From positions 5,098-69,097 of the forward strand of contig CAVVNA010000017.1 in NCBI GenBank assembly GCA_963749275.1: a stretch of 64,000 nucleotides of DNA, written 5' to 3'. The notes beneath the pieces were generated by a model. The model saw nothing but the letters and a program-made list of their open reading frames with translations, made no database searches and was not told the DNA's origin. Every line of letters starts with the position of its first letter. The first letter of the stretch is position 1. Origin of the DNA: an uncultured Acidobacteriaceae bacterium. Its GTDB lineage: Bacteria; Acidobacteriota; Terriglobia; Terriglobales; Acidobacteriaceae. This document shows positions 41,110 through 49,314 of this stretch, piece by piece. A program made the position numbers and the translations under genes.

Positions 41110-41472
41110 TCAAGCCGTCCCGGTGTTAGCCAGCGCTTCCACCGCCTCCCACGTCGTGCCAAAGGTCACGAAAAATTCGTTCACCTTGGTCATTTCCATA
41201 ATCTTGCGCACCCGCGGCTTCATACCTGTCAGCACCAGGCATCGTCCCGTTTTCTGATGCGATACGTACACCCTCACCAGCGACCCCAATCCCACCGAAT
41301 CAATGTAAGGGACCGCCGTCAAATCCAGAATCATCGTCTCCGCGTGCTCGTGCTGCACCGCCTGCTCGAATCGCGGCGCGGTTTCGATCGTGATCGGACC
41401 ACGCAGCAACAAGATCCGCTGATCGTCCGCCACTCCTTCATAGCGCTCGACGGTAAGTTCCTGCAATCCCAT
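41110..41472 (-). CDS. STAS-domain anti-sigma-factor antagonist (SpoIIAA-like)
   Basis: 'ILLLRGPITIETAPRFEQAV', 'ILDLTAVPYIDSVGLGSLVRV', 'LVLTGMKPRVRKIMEMTKV'; phosphorylatable Ser in 'DSVGLG'. Confidence 0.85.
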   Translation of the reverse strand: MGLQELTVERYEGVADDQRILLLRGPITIETAPRFEQAVQHEHAETMILDLTAVPYIDSVGLGSLVRVYVSHQKTGRCLVLTGMKPRVRKIMEMTKVNEFFVTFGTTWEAVEALANTGTA

Positions 41473-41545
41473 GGCAGCCGATTGTAGGATACCCGGCTCC
41501 CCCTGTCACTCCCACAAATAGAATTCCTGCGTCCACCCCCGCTCC

Positions 41546-41962
41546 TTACTGCGGTTTCTTGTCGTCCCCGTGATTCTCGTACACCGAGTACTGCCCGCCC
41601 GGACGCTTCAGCTTCACTGTGATCTCCATCTCCGACTTGTTGATCTCGTAGTCCTCCCCAAAACTCTGGAAATGCGGCGCCAGCACTTGCACCCGCAGTG
41701 GACCATACGGAATCCCGTCAACGCTCGTCCGCCCCTCTGCGCCCGTCTTCAGATCCAACTCTCCCTGCTCCTGCTTCCCCTTGCGCTTTACCGGATGCAG
41801 TACCACCGCTGCATCCTTCACCGGCTTACCGTCGGAGTCGCGCACCACCACAAACCGCAAGCGCGACGTCGGCCCTGCATCATCCTGAGTCCACACCAAC
41901 CCAACCATGCCGAACCCAAGTATGATCGCCGCCACTATCGCCATCGAAAAATTTCTTTTCAT
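41546..41962 (-). CDS. secreted CarboxypepD_reg-like (Ig/prealbumin-fold) domain protein, tandem paralog 1
   Basis: Signal anchor 'MKRNFSMAIVAAIILGFGMVGLVWTQ'; 'LRFVVVRDSDGKPVKDAAVVLHPV..DLKTGAEGRTSVDGIPYGPLRVQVLAPHFQSFGEDYEI'. Confidence 0.7.
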   Translation of the reverse strand: MKRNFSMAIVAAIILGFGMVGLVWTQDDAGPTSRLRFVVVRDSDGKPVKDAAVVLHPVKRKGKQEQGELDLKTGAEGRTSVDGIPYGPLRVQVLAPHFQSFGEDYEINKSEMEITVKLKRPGGQYSVYENHGDDKKPQ

Positions 41963-42000
41963 ATGCAATCTCACTCGAACATTTGTCAAAGCGCCTCTGA

Positions 42001-42447
42001 TTACTGCGGTTTCTGCTCCGCCGGTTTCTTGTCGTCAGCTTTCTTCGTATCTCCGTTGTTCGCGCCCGGCGAGTATTGCGCCCGCGGACGCTTTAGCTTC
42101 ACCGTGATCTGCAACTCCGGCTTGTTGATCTCGTAGTCTTCCCCAAACGTCTGGAAACCCGGCGCCAGCACCTGCACCCGCAGCGGACCATACGGAATCC
42201 CGTCAATATTCGTCCGCCCATCGTTGTCCGTCTTCAACTCCATACCACCGCGCGACTGCTTTCCCTTCCGATCCACCGGATGCAGTACCACCGCCGCATC
42301 CCTCACCGGCTTGCCGTTGTAGTCGCGCACGACCACAAACCGCAATGCCGACATCGGCCCCTCATACTCCTGAGCCCACACCACCCCAACCAGGCCAAAC
42401 CCGAGCACGATCACCACCGTACTTACGATCGAAAAACGCTTCTTCAT
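42001..42447 (-). CDS. secreted CarboxypepD_reg-like domain protein, tandem paralog 2
   Basis: 'MKKRFSIVSTVVIVLGFGLVGVVWAQ'; 'LRFVVVRDYNGKPVRDAAVVLHPV..ELKTDNDGRTNIDGIPYGPLRVQVLAPGFQTFGEDYEI'; long identical runs shared with the gene at 41546 (e.g. 'IDGIPYGPLRVQVLAP', 'DAAVVLHPV'). Confidence 0.7.
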   Translation of the reverse strand: MKKRFSIVSTVVIVLGFGLVGVVWAQEYEGPMSALRFVVVRDYNGKPVRDAAVVLHPVDRKGKQSRGGMELKTDNDGRTNIDGIPYGPLRVQVLAPGFQTFGEDYEINKPELQITVKLKRPRAQYSPGANNGDTKKADDKKPAEQKPQ

Positions 42448-43096
42448 GTCAGTCATTCTAGACTCATCTCGCAAACAGGCCACGAATCCCTCACTGCTGT
42501 AATTGGCGACACTGCGCCAGAGGAGCATAAGGGTTGGATGTCGTAGGGCCTTAGCTTCGTGCCTAAACTGTGTCATCTGAAGTTGTGGATGAGATCGCAC
42601 TCCCCAAACCCAAACCAAATTCTGCCGCGCCGTTTCCCTATGGCCCGCTGAAGAAAAGGCCTACCAACCCGGCAGGCCCTGAGGCGCGGACAAGAGTCAG
42701 ACAGCAGTGGCGCTAATACGTTGCAACCGAGATATTCGGATGTAGTTGACGGTTGCCTGCCGCTGGACGTTCAAAAGAATTTCCTCTGAAGCTCATTCAA
42801 ATTTTCGCAGACTTAACGACCCGGGTCTCAGTGAGGCTCTACAGGGAAGCATAGTGGCCTACGCTGACGCGAGCAGCTTAATGTATTTCCGAACTATGTT
42901 CAAAGCAAATAATCTGGCCTCTCAAGAACATCTTGGGAGATAACCCTCACCAAACATTCACCCAACTCTTGCACCACAATGTCGGTATAAGTGCACTTCT
43001 TTGCATCCTTCGTGTTTTCTTGAAGAAGAAGTAATTTGCCGGCGGGAGCCCGGTCATCGCTCGAGTTGTTAATCAATGAAACTCTGGCTCAGCTTG

Positions 43097-44641
43097 TTAG
43101 AGGTTCGCGGCGAGAAACGGCGTGCCGTTTTGCGCTGCCGGCATCAGAACCTCGGGCATGGTCAGCACTCGATCAAGCGCGTCGGCAAGGGTAAAAGGAA
43201 ACTCGGAAGTCAGGAGGTTGACATCCAGTTGAAGATCACGCGGGCTGTAGATGCGATAAACGACGAGTGAGCCGCGATGCCGGTTCGAACTTGTCACTAC
43301 GTCCAGCGTCAGCTTCCACGAAGGCTCGTTGGAAATTGCCGCCATGTGAGGAACCTTGCTCCAGTGGAAGTGTCGGTTGGTTTCGCTGGGCATCGCTTGA
43401 TCGCCGGGAAGCGACTTAAGATGCAACTCAAACCCATCGAAATCGTTGCTATCGAAGGCGGCCACCAGGACGCTGCGCACCTGGTTGAAATCGCCGGCCA
43501 CTTTGAGTTCCTCGACCGCGCGGCGGACCGAAAGATTGTTGATCACGATCTGCCGCTGGTCAATGGTGCGCTGCGCCACTCGCCGCAGTTCGCCAAACTC
43601 GAGGTAGTTCAGGTGCTGCACTCCCAGCCAGATGCCGGTACCCACGACCGCCAGCACCAGTCCCAGGGTGCTGCCCGTCGGCCAAAGCAGGAACAGGCTA
43701 AGCATGGCGAACACCGCCGAGACAGCGTAGAGAACGATCACCACCTGGCGATGCGAAAAACCCAGCTGCAGCAACTTGTGGTGGATGTGTTCGCGATCGG
43801 CGGTGAAAATAGGGCGCCCGCTGATCAACCGTCGCAGGATGGATAGCAACGTTTCCAGAATCGGCAATCCAAACGAGACCACCGGGATGGCGACCGCCAC
43901 GAACGTCGGCGCTTTCTGCGCTCCGGCCAGAGCCAGCGCGCTGAGCATGAAACCGATGAACAGGCTGCCCGAGTCACCCAGAAAAATCGTAGCGGGATTG
44001 AAGTTGAAGCGTAGAAATCCCAGAATGGCGCCGGCGAGTGTCAGGCTCATCAGCGAGCCCAGCCACGAATGATTAACCAGCGCGCAGACAAAAAACACCA
44101 TCGTCGAAAACAAGGCCGATCCTGCAGCCAAACCATCGAGGCCGTCGATGAGATTGAAAGCATTGGTAACCGCCATCACCCACAACACCGTGAGCGGCAA
44201 CCCGACGAACCATGGCAACGAGTAGGATCCGAAGATCAGTGGCAGATCGAGAACGCGCATTCCCCCGGCGAAGAGCATCGCAGCGGCGATCGCCTGCACG
44301 GTAAATTTCAAGTACGGTCCCGCGCCGCGGAGATCATCGTAGATGCCGAGACAAAAAATCAGGCAGGCCGGCACATAGATACGGAGAAGAGTAACGCGAG
44401 CGAGACCATCGCGCAGGCGGGGAAATACGAGGGAAAGACCCAGCCACACGCCCAAGCTGACCGAGAAAGCGAGGAAAATCGCCACGCCCCCCAACCGGGG
44501 AAGCGGAGCCTGATGGACATGCCGTCCGTCTCGCGGCATGAAAACCCAGCCTCTGCGGGTCGCCATGTCTCGCACTTCACGCGTTGCCACAAACGATACG
44601 GCCAGCGAGAATACAAACAACGCAAAGAACAGGAGCGTCAA
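43097..44641 (-). CDS. undecaprenyl-phosphate sugar-1-phosphate transferase (WecA/MraY GT4 family) with about 170-aa C-terminal extension
   Basis: About 10 TM helices; 'VTNAFNLIDGLDGLAAG', 'ATIFLGDSGSLFIGFMLS', 'FTADREHIHHKLL'; a soluble tail from about residue 340 is not part of canonical WecA. Confidence 0.85.
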   Translation of the reverse strand: MTLLFFALFVFSLAVSFVATREVRDMATRRGWVFMPRDGRHVHQAPLPRLGGVAIFLAFSVSLGVWLGLSLVFPRLRDGLARVTLLRIYVPACLIFCLGIYDDLRGAGPYLKFTVQAIAAAMLFAGGMRVLDLPLIFGSYSLPWFVGLPLTVLWVMAVTNAFNLIDGLDGLAAGSALFSTMVFFVCALVNHSWLGSLMSLTLAGAILGFLRFNFNPATIFLGDSGSLFIGFMLSALALAGAQKAPTFVAVAIPVVSFGLPILETLLSILRRLISGRPIFTADREHIHHKLLQLGFSHRQVVIVLYAVSAVFAMLSLFLLWPTGSTLGLVLAVVGTGIWLGVQHLNYLEFGELRRVAQRTIDQRQIVINNLSVRRAVEELKVAGDFNQVRSVLVAAFDSNDFDGFELHLKSLPGDQAMPSETNRHFHWSKVPHMAAISNEPSWKLTLDVVTSSNRHRGSLVVYRIYSPRDLQLDVNLLTSEFPFTLADALDRVLTMPEVLMPAAQNGTPFLAANL

Positions 44642-44917
44642 ATTCAGAATCCCCTTCCGGCTGAAACATCCCGCATCTCAGACCGCGTGCGATGCAGCTT
44701 CTTTTAGACGGGCTTCCCCCGCTCAGTGTTGCCCGTGACGAATCCAAATGTTAGTTTTCTGGAACTATACAACTCGTGGCCGTCGATAAGCAACTACTCT
44801 CGGTGATTTCTGATTAATTATTGTTGGTCCTGGGGCTGTGAAACAGAGCGTTCTGCGCCGATTTTAGCGGGTTGCGTGTGTTAGACTCGACATACGCGAA
44901 AAATCAGGAGTCTTAGT

Positions 44918-45904
44918 ATGTCCGGGCGGAATCGTCGCTGTTTGCGGAGTTCGTGTCTGTTTTTTGTCGCTTTGTGCAGCCTCCACCTTCTGGCGCAGAC
45001 ACCGGCCCCGGGGGAGGCGCCGCAGTCCGCGCCTGCCAACGAAGCAGCTTCGCCCCAAACCCATCGTCTGCTGGCTAATTCCAATGTGAAGCTGGGTGTC
45101 GGCGATCTGATCGACATCACCGTGTTCGGAGTGCCCGAACTCTCGCTCAAGACGCGCGTGAGTGGTTCCGGAGACATCTACCTTCCCCTGATCGACTATG
45201 TTCACGTTGCCGGCCTGACTACCGATGAAGCACAGGAGTTGATCCAAAAGCGCCTGGAAGCTGGAGGCTTTGTCCGCAGCCCGCACGTTTCCATTTTCGT
45301 GAACGAGTCCGCCTCGCAAGCCATCACGATGGTGGGAGAGGTCAATCGTCCCGGGGCCTACCCTGCGGTTGGCGAGCGCCGTCTTTTCGACTTGGTTTCT
45401 GCGGCCGGGGGATTCACCGAAAAGGCAGGCCGCATTATCACCATTGAGCATCACGGAGATCCCGATCAGAAGGTTGAGCTCCAGCTGACATCTAATAACT
45501 TGGCCGAAGATACGAAGGAGAACGTTGATATCTATCCGGGAGACTTGATCATTGTTTCGCGCGCCGGCATCGTTTATGTCGTGGGCGACGTGCAGCGTCC
45601 CAGCGGGTTTCTAGTTTCAGAGGACACCGCCCTCAGTGTTCTCAAAGCCCTGGCGCTGGCCGGCGGCGGTACCCGCACCTCTGCCTTGAACAAAACCAGG
45701 ATCCTGCGGCAGACGCCGAACGGGATTCAGGAAATACACGTCAGCCTCAAGAAGATACTTTATGCGAAGGCACCGGATGTGCCCCTGGTGAAAGGCGACA
45801 TATTGTTCATACCCGGAAGTGGAGCCAAGGCTGCGGCCTATCGTTCTGCGGACGCAGCCGTAGGGCTGACCAGCGGATTGGCACTCCTTGCGGTTTATCA
45901 CTAG
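44918..45904 (+). CDS. wza: polysaccharide export outer-membrane protein (Poly_export + SLBB domains)
   Basis: Signal peptide; 'LGVGDLIDITVFGVPELS...VSGSGDIYLPLIDYVHVAGLTTDEAQELIQKRL', 'VNRPGAY', 'DIYPGDLIIVSRAGIVYVVGDVQRPSGF'. Confidence 0.85.
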   Translation: MSGRNRRCLRSSCLFFVALCSLHLLAQTPAPGEAPQSAPANEAASPQTHRLLANSNVKLGVGDLIDITVFGVPELSLKTRVSGSGDIYLPLIDYVHVAGLTTDEAQELIQKRLEAGGFVRSPHVSIFVNESASQAITMVGEVNRPGAYPAVGERRLFDLVSAAGGFTEKAGRIITIEHHGDPDQKVELQLTSNNLAEDTKENVDIYPGDLIIVSRAGIVYVVGDVQRPSGFLVSEDTALSVLKALALAGGGTRTSALNKTRILRQTPNGIQEIHVSLKKILYAKAPDVPLVKGDILFIPGSGAKAAAYRSADAAVGLTSGLALLAVYH

Positions 45905-45941
45905 AGGGCGTGGACACTCCCTTCCGAAGGGATCGTCCGCG

Positions 45942-47180
45942 CTACACGCCGAGCGCTTCCAGCACAGTGATGTAGTCCTGCGCCGTTTTTTCGCGGGAGA
46001 GTCTGTTGACGATGTATTGCCGCCCGCTAGTTCCCATCTGCCGTCTGCGCTCGGGGTCTTCCGCCAGGTCTAGGATCGCTTTAACCAGGGCTTGGCTGTT
46101 CTCGGGTTCCACAAAAATGCCGGCGCCGGCCTCTTCGACAATCTGGCGAGCCTGCCCGTCGACAGCGACGATGACCGGCCGTTCGCACGCCATGTATTCG
46201 AGAAGCTTGGTGGGAATCACCGTCTTGAACAACTCGGTCTTTTTCAGCATGACCAGGCAGAGATCGGCAGCCGAAATATAGGCGGGGATCCGTTCCCGCG
46301 GCTGCTGGCTGAGGAACCGAATGTTGCTGCGTCCGCGCCCTGCCGCGAGTCCCACGATCCGTTCTTTTTCCGCGCCTTCTCCAATCAGTAAGAACATCGC
46401 GTGTGGCAGCGCAGCCTGTAGTTCTTCGGCGGCGGCAATCATAGTCTCCAGTCCATGAGCGTTGCCCATCGTGCCGATGTAGCAAATCAGAAAACGGTCT
46501 TCGAGCTTTAGCTGCTTTCGCACTTCCATCGCTGCCGGATCGAGCCGGAAAAGATCGGTCTCCACTCCATTCTCGACAACGGAAATCTTTGCGGCGGAAA
46601 CGTTCCAGTACCGCATCAAGTGATCCTTGAAAGCAGGTGTCACGACAACAATGCGGTCGGCGCGACGGTAAAGGAATCCCGCGATCGCGCCGAGCGTGCG
46701 ATGGAGCAAAGTTCCTTCGCTGCCCGCGCCGACGGCCGCGAGCGATTCCGGCCAAAGATCCCGCACTTCGAAAACGAAGGGAACGCGCTTCCACCACGCC
46801 AGCCAACATCCCGAAAGCGCAACCAGCAGTTGAGGAGATGTGGCGATGACCACCTCCGGCTTCGGCAGCGGCAGCCCGCTGACCGCAGCCGAGATACAGA
46901 ACGAAGCGTAATTGCGGATTCTTTCGTGCGCCTTTCGATTCGGCAACGGCCACAGCCACGTTCGCACAACGCGCACTCCATTGACGGTTTCCGTGTAATG
47001 CATTCCGTGCAACCGGGAGCGCCAATCCTCGGGCACGACGCCGGTCGGATGGTTCGGAAATCCAGTGAGGACCGTCACTTCATGCCCCATCCGCGCCCAA
47101 TGCCGTGACAACTCCGCCGCGCGCGCCGCCGGCGCGCCCATTTCAGGCGGAAAATATTGCGAGACGTAGAGAATCTTCAC
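45942..47180 (-). CDS. glycosyltransferase family 4 (WcaI/WbuB-like)
   Basis: GTG start 'VKILYVSQYFPPEMGAPAARAAELSRHWARMGHEVTVLTGFPNHPTG'; C-terminal 'KTELFKTVIPTKLLEYMACERPVI'; the upstream 43 codons of the ORF are tandem-repeat DNA. Confidence 0.85.
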   Translation of the reverse strand: MKILYVSQYFPPEMGAPAARAAELSRHWARMGHEVTVLTGFPNHPTGVVPEDWRSRLHGMHYTETVNGVRVVRTWLWPLPNRKAHERIRNYASFCISAAVSGLPLPKPEVVIATSPQLLVALSGCWLAWWKRVPFVFEVRDLWPESLAAVGAGSEGTLLHRTLGAIAGFLYRRADRIVVVTPAFKDHLMRYWNVSAAKISVVENGVETDLFRLDPAAMEVRKQLKLEDRFLICYIGTMGNAHGLETMIAAAEELQAALPHAMFLLIGEGAEKERIVGLAAGRGRSNIRFLSQQPRERIPAYISAADLCLVMLKKTELFKTVIPTKLLEYMACERPVIVAVDGQARQIVEEAGAGIFVEPENSQALVKAILDLAEDPERRRQMGTSGRQYIVNRLSREKTAQDYITVLEALGV

Positions 47181-47185
47181 GGTCA

Positions 47186-47223
47186 GTATTAGGGCGATCC
47201 GTATTAGGGCGATCCGTATTCGA
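47186..47223. repeat. 15-bp tandem direct repeat (2.5 units) in an intercistronic spacer
   Basis: GTATTAGGGCGATCC (47186-47200), GTATTAGGGCGATCC (47201-47215), then GTATTCGAGCAAT; lies between the C5-epimerase stop (47228) and the GT4 start (47180). Confidence 0.9.
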
Positions 47224-47227
47224 GCAA

Positions 47228-48208
47228 TTAGTAATGCAGCAATTTGAAAACGCTTTTCTCGACCAGGGCCCGCGTCCGATTGCGGCGTCGCTGCGTGTAG
47301 CCTTCCCACCGTTCCGCAACCGCCGCAAAGCGAGCGTCTCCCGTCAGCATGGTCATCACGCGCAACTGTACGATATGCAACTGGTGATAGAAAGGGCTCG
47401 CCAGCATTTTCAGCCGCGTTCCAGATTGCTCATACAGCGACCAGTAACCGGTATCGAACCGCGCCAGATTTTGAACCAGCGCCTCGACTCCGCGATCGAA
47501 AATGATTTTCGCTGAAGCATCCGACCGCGCCAGCCAGTAATCGAACACTCCCCACAAGGCCCACATGAATCCGTTCAAAATATGCGTCGGCGGTTCGACG
47601 AGATACTCTTCGATCCAAAGGTTCTTGTCTTCGTCCTCAAAAAGTACACCACCTTCGGCAATCGGACGTGTCAGTGCGACAAACGCCCTTTCGCTCGCGA
47701 GTTGATACTTGCCCTCTTCCGAACGAGCATGCGCCCGCAAAAGAAGTGAAACGCCCTGTCCCTGCGCCAGTCCCGAATACCATGGCGCCTTGAGCTTGTC
47801 ACGATAGTCCCAATCAAAATGATGGTTCCAGACCCAAAGCCCGTGAGCATTCTGTTCCAGGTTGACGGCAAGCCAATCGGCAGCTTTGAGAGTTTTCTGC
47901 CAGCGAGCTTCGTCACCGGCCTCGCAGAAACGGTTGTAGTTAGCGAGCCCCCACTGCGCAATCGCAATCGGGTTGTACTGTAGGCCAATCACTCCGTGGT
48001 AGTCGAGCATGGGAATGCCGGCAGCGTCATAGCGGCCGGCATAGTCCGCCTTCTCGCGAAACAGCATGTAGTACTCTCCAAGCCGGCTGGCAGCGGCGCG
48101 CGGATTGATCTCTGGCACCTCGTGCCAGAACGTCAGCTGGCTTCGTCCAGAACCAAGGTAGGCGCGGAAGACACGCCGGTAATAATGCCAACGCGTGGAA
48201 AGGCTCAT
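47228..48208 (-). CDS. D-glucuronyl C5-epimerase family protein (heparosan-N-sulfate-glucuronate 5-epimerase C-terminal domain homologue)
   Basis: 'YNPIAIAQWGLANYNRF', 'AADWLAVNLEQNAHGLWVW', 'APWYSGLAQGQGVSLLLRAH', 'LWIEEY..PPTHILNGFMWALWGVFDY', 'RFDTGYWSLY', 'YHQLHIVQLRVM', 'ERWEGY' are colinear with blocks of human GLCE as I recall it. Confidence 0.85.
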   Translation of the reverse strand: MSLSTRWHYYRRVFRAYLGSGRSQLTFWHEVPEINPRAAASRLGEYYMLFREKADYAGRYDAAGIPMLDYHGVIGLQYNPIAIAQWGLANYNRFCEAGDEARWQKTLKAADWLAVNLEQNAHGLWVWNHHFDWDYRDKLKAPWYSGLAQGQGVSLLLRAHARSEEGKYQLASERAFVALTRPIAEGGVLFEDEDKNLWIEEYLVEPPTHILNGFMWALWGVFDYWLARSDASAKIIFDRGVEALVQNLARFDTGYWSLYEQSGTRLKMLASPFYHQLHIVQLRVMTMLTGDARFAAVAERWEGYTQRRRNRTRALVEKSVFKLLHY

Positions 48209-49314
48209 GCCGATTCGACTTCCCAGAGTGTGGTCACCAAGTCGTCCGTTTCAACCGCGATAGTCGTCGCTGCAAGATAACGAGTGGAGTTCTCGCCATC
48301 GGGCAGGAAAGCGTTACCGTACTGAAAACAACGCATCGGCAAATTGTCCTTCTTCCAGCGAGCCAACACCTGCCAGTTCGTGCCGTCTCTGGATGCGGCG
48401 AGATGGACTTCACGGCTGGTGTTCACGGCGCTGGGCTCGATCATCGTCGAAAAAAACATCGCCTCGCCAACCTCGCAACCAAATATCGAAGAGCTAGCGA
48501 GGTCGGCGACCTGCTCAACATTCCCCGTCCGATCCATTCGATAAACGTGGTTCCTCTCGGAAGGCGTGTCGGTCGAAAGATACAACCCCTGTTGCGTTGG
48601 AATCGCAGCCACGGCCCGGGCTTGCTGGTTCCCCGCCCGCACCACTTCCACCGAGCGCAGATCAGCGGAAGCGCGCAGCACCTTGCACTCCGGGTCTTCA
48701 TCGCCCGTCAGTATCCAAAGGCAATCGCCCCAGCGGTCGTAAACAATGTTGTGGACGTGCCGGATGCTTCCCGCCGGAAATGTGTAAGCAATCTGCCACG
48801 TGCGTCCTCGATCGGTCGAAACGTAGATGTGAACTTCCGCGCGCTCGCGATTGTCGAAATACTCGCCCCAGTAAATGCTTCCCGATGGAACCGCGGTGAC
48901 GTGCAGCGGCCGTGTGCCGCGCTGCACCTGATGAGTAACATGAAATTCAATGCTGCCCGGGGTTCGCGTCACGAGCGCGCCCGGAACCGCGCCAACCATC
49001 GTCCGATCTTTTGTCTGCCCTTCGAGAGCGCTGCCGAGAATGGCTAGCGCGTGAAAGCCATCGCGCATCAGACGATAGCTCAGCGCGATGCGCGAAGTGA
49101 AGTTCCTCCACCAGACTGGACGAAAGCGCGCGACCATTTCCCACGGTTCGCTCTCGGCAATTTGCGGACGGACGTGCAGACGAACGATCTGATATCCGCG
49201 ACACCCGTAGAGAACGTCTCCATCCCACGCGAGCACTCGAATGCCGCGCCAAGCGGCGACTCTCCGAAGCTTTAGCGCGGAAGACGCGGCCACCGCAACT
49301 GGGGTTTCAGTCAT
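48205..49314 (-). CDS. BNR/Asp-box repeat beta-propeller protein (sialidase-fold-like), function unknown
   Basis: Asp-box 'YVSTDRGRTW' and degenerate 'AASRDGTNW'; its stop overlaps the start of the C5-epimerase gene by 4 nt (48205-48208) and its start overlaps the stop of the carbamoyltransferase gene by 8 nt (49307-49314). Confidence 0.6.
   Translation of the reverse strand: MTETPVAVAASSALKLRRVAAWRGIRVLAWDGDVLYGCRGYQIVRLHVRPQIAESEPWEMVARFRPVWWRNFTSRIALSYRLMRDGFHALAILGSALEGQTKDRTMVGAVPGALVTRTPGSIEFHVTHQVQRGTRPLHVTAVPSGSIYWGEYFDNRERAEVHIYVSTDRGRTWQIAYTFPAGSIRHVHNIVYDRWGDCLWILTGDEDPECKVLRASADLRSVEVVRAGNQQARAVAAIPTQQGLYLSTDTPSERNHVYRMDRTGNVEQVADLASSSIFGCEVGEAMFFSTMIEPSAVNTSREVHLAASRDGTNWQVLARWKKDNLPMRCFQYGNAFLPDGENSTRYLAATTIAVETDDLVTTLWEVESA

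Noticed and set aside
43097-43622. PilZ (c-di-GMP binding) domain in the WecA C-terminal extension, based on 'RRVAQR' and 'NLSVRR'
   Set aside because: The spacing between the two pseudo-motifs is far too short, and the DxSxxG Gly is missing. This is not supportable by eye.
47186-47223. The tandem repeats (also 56547..56576) as a mini-CRISPR array
   Set aside because: The units are directly adjacent with no spacers, there are only 2-2.5 copies of 14-15 bp, and no cas genes are present.
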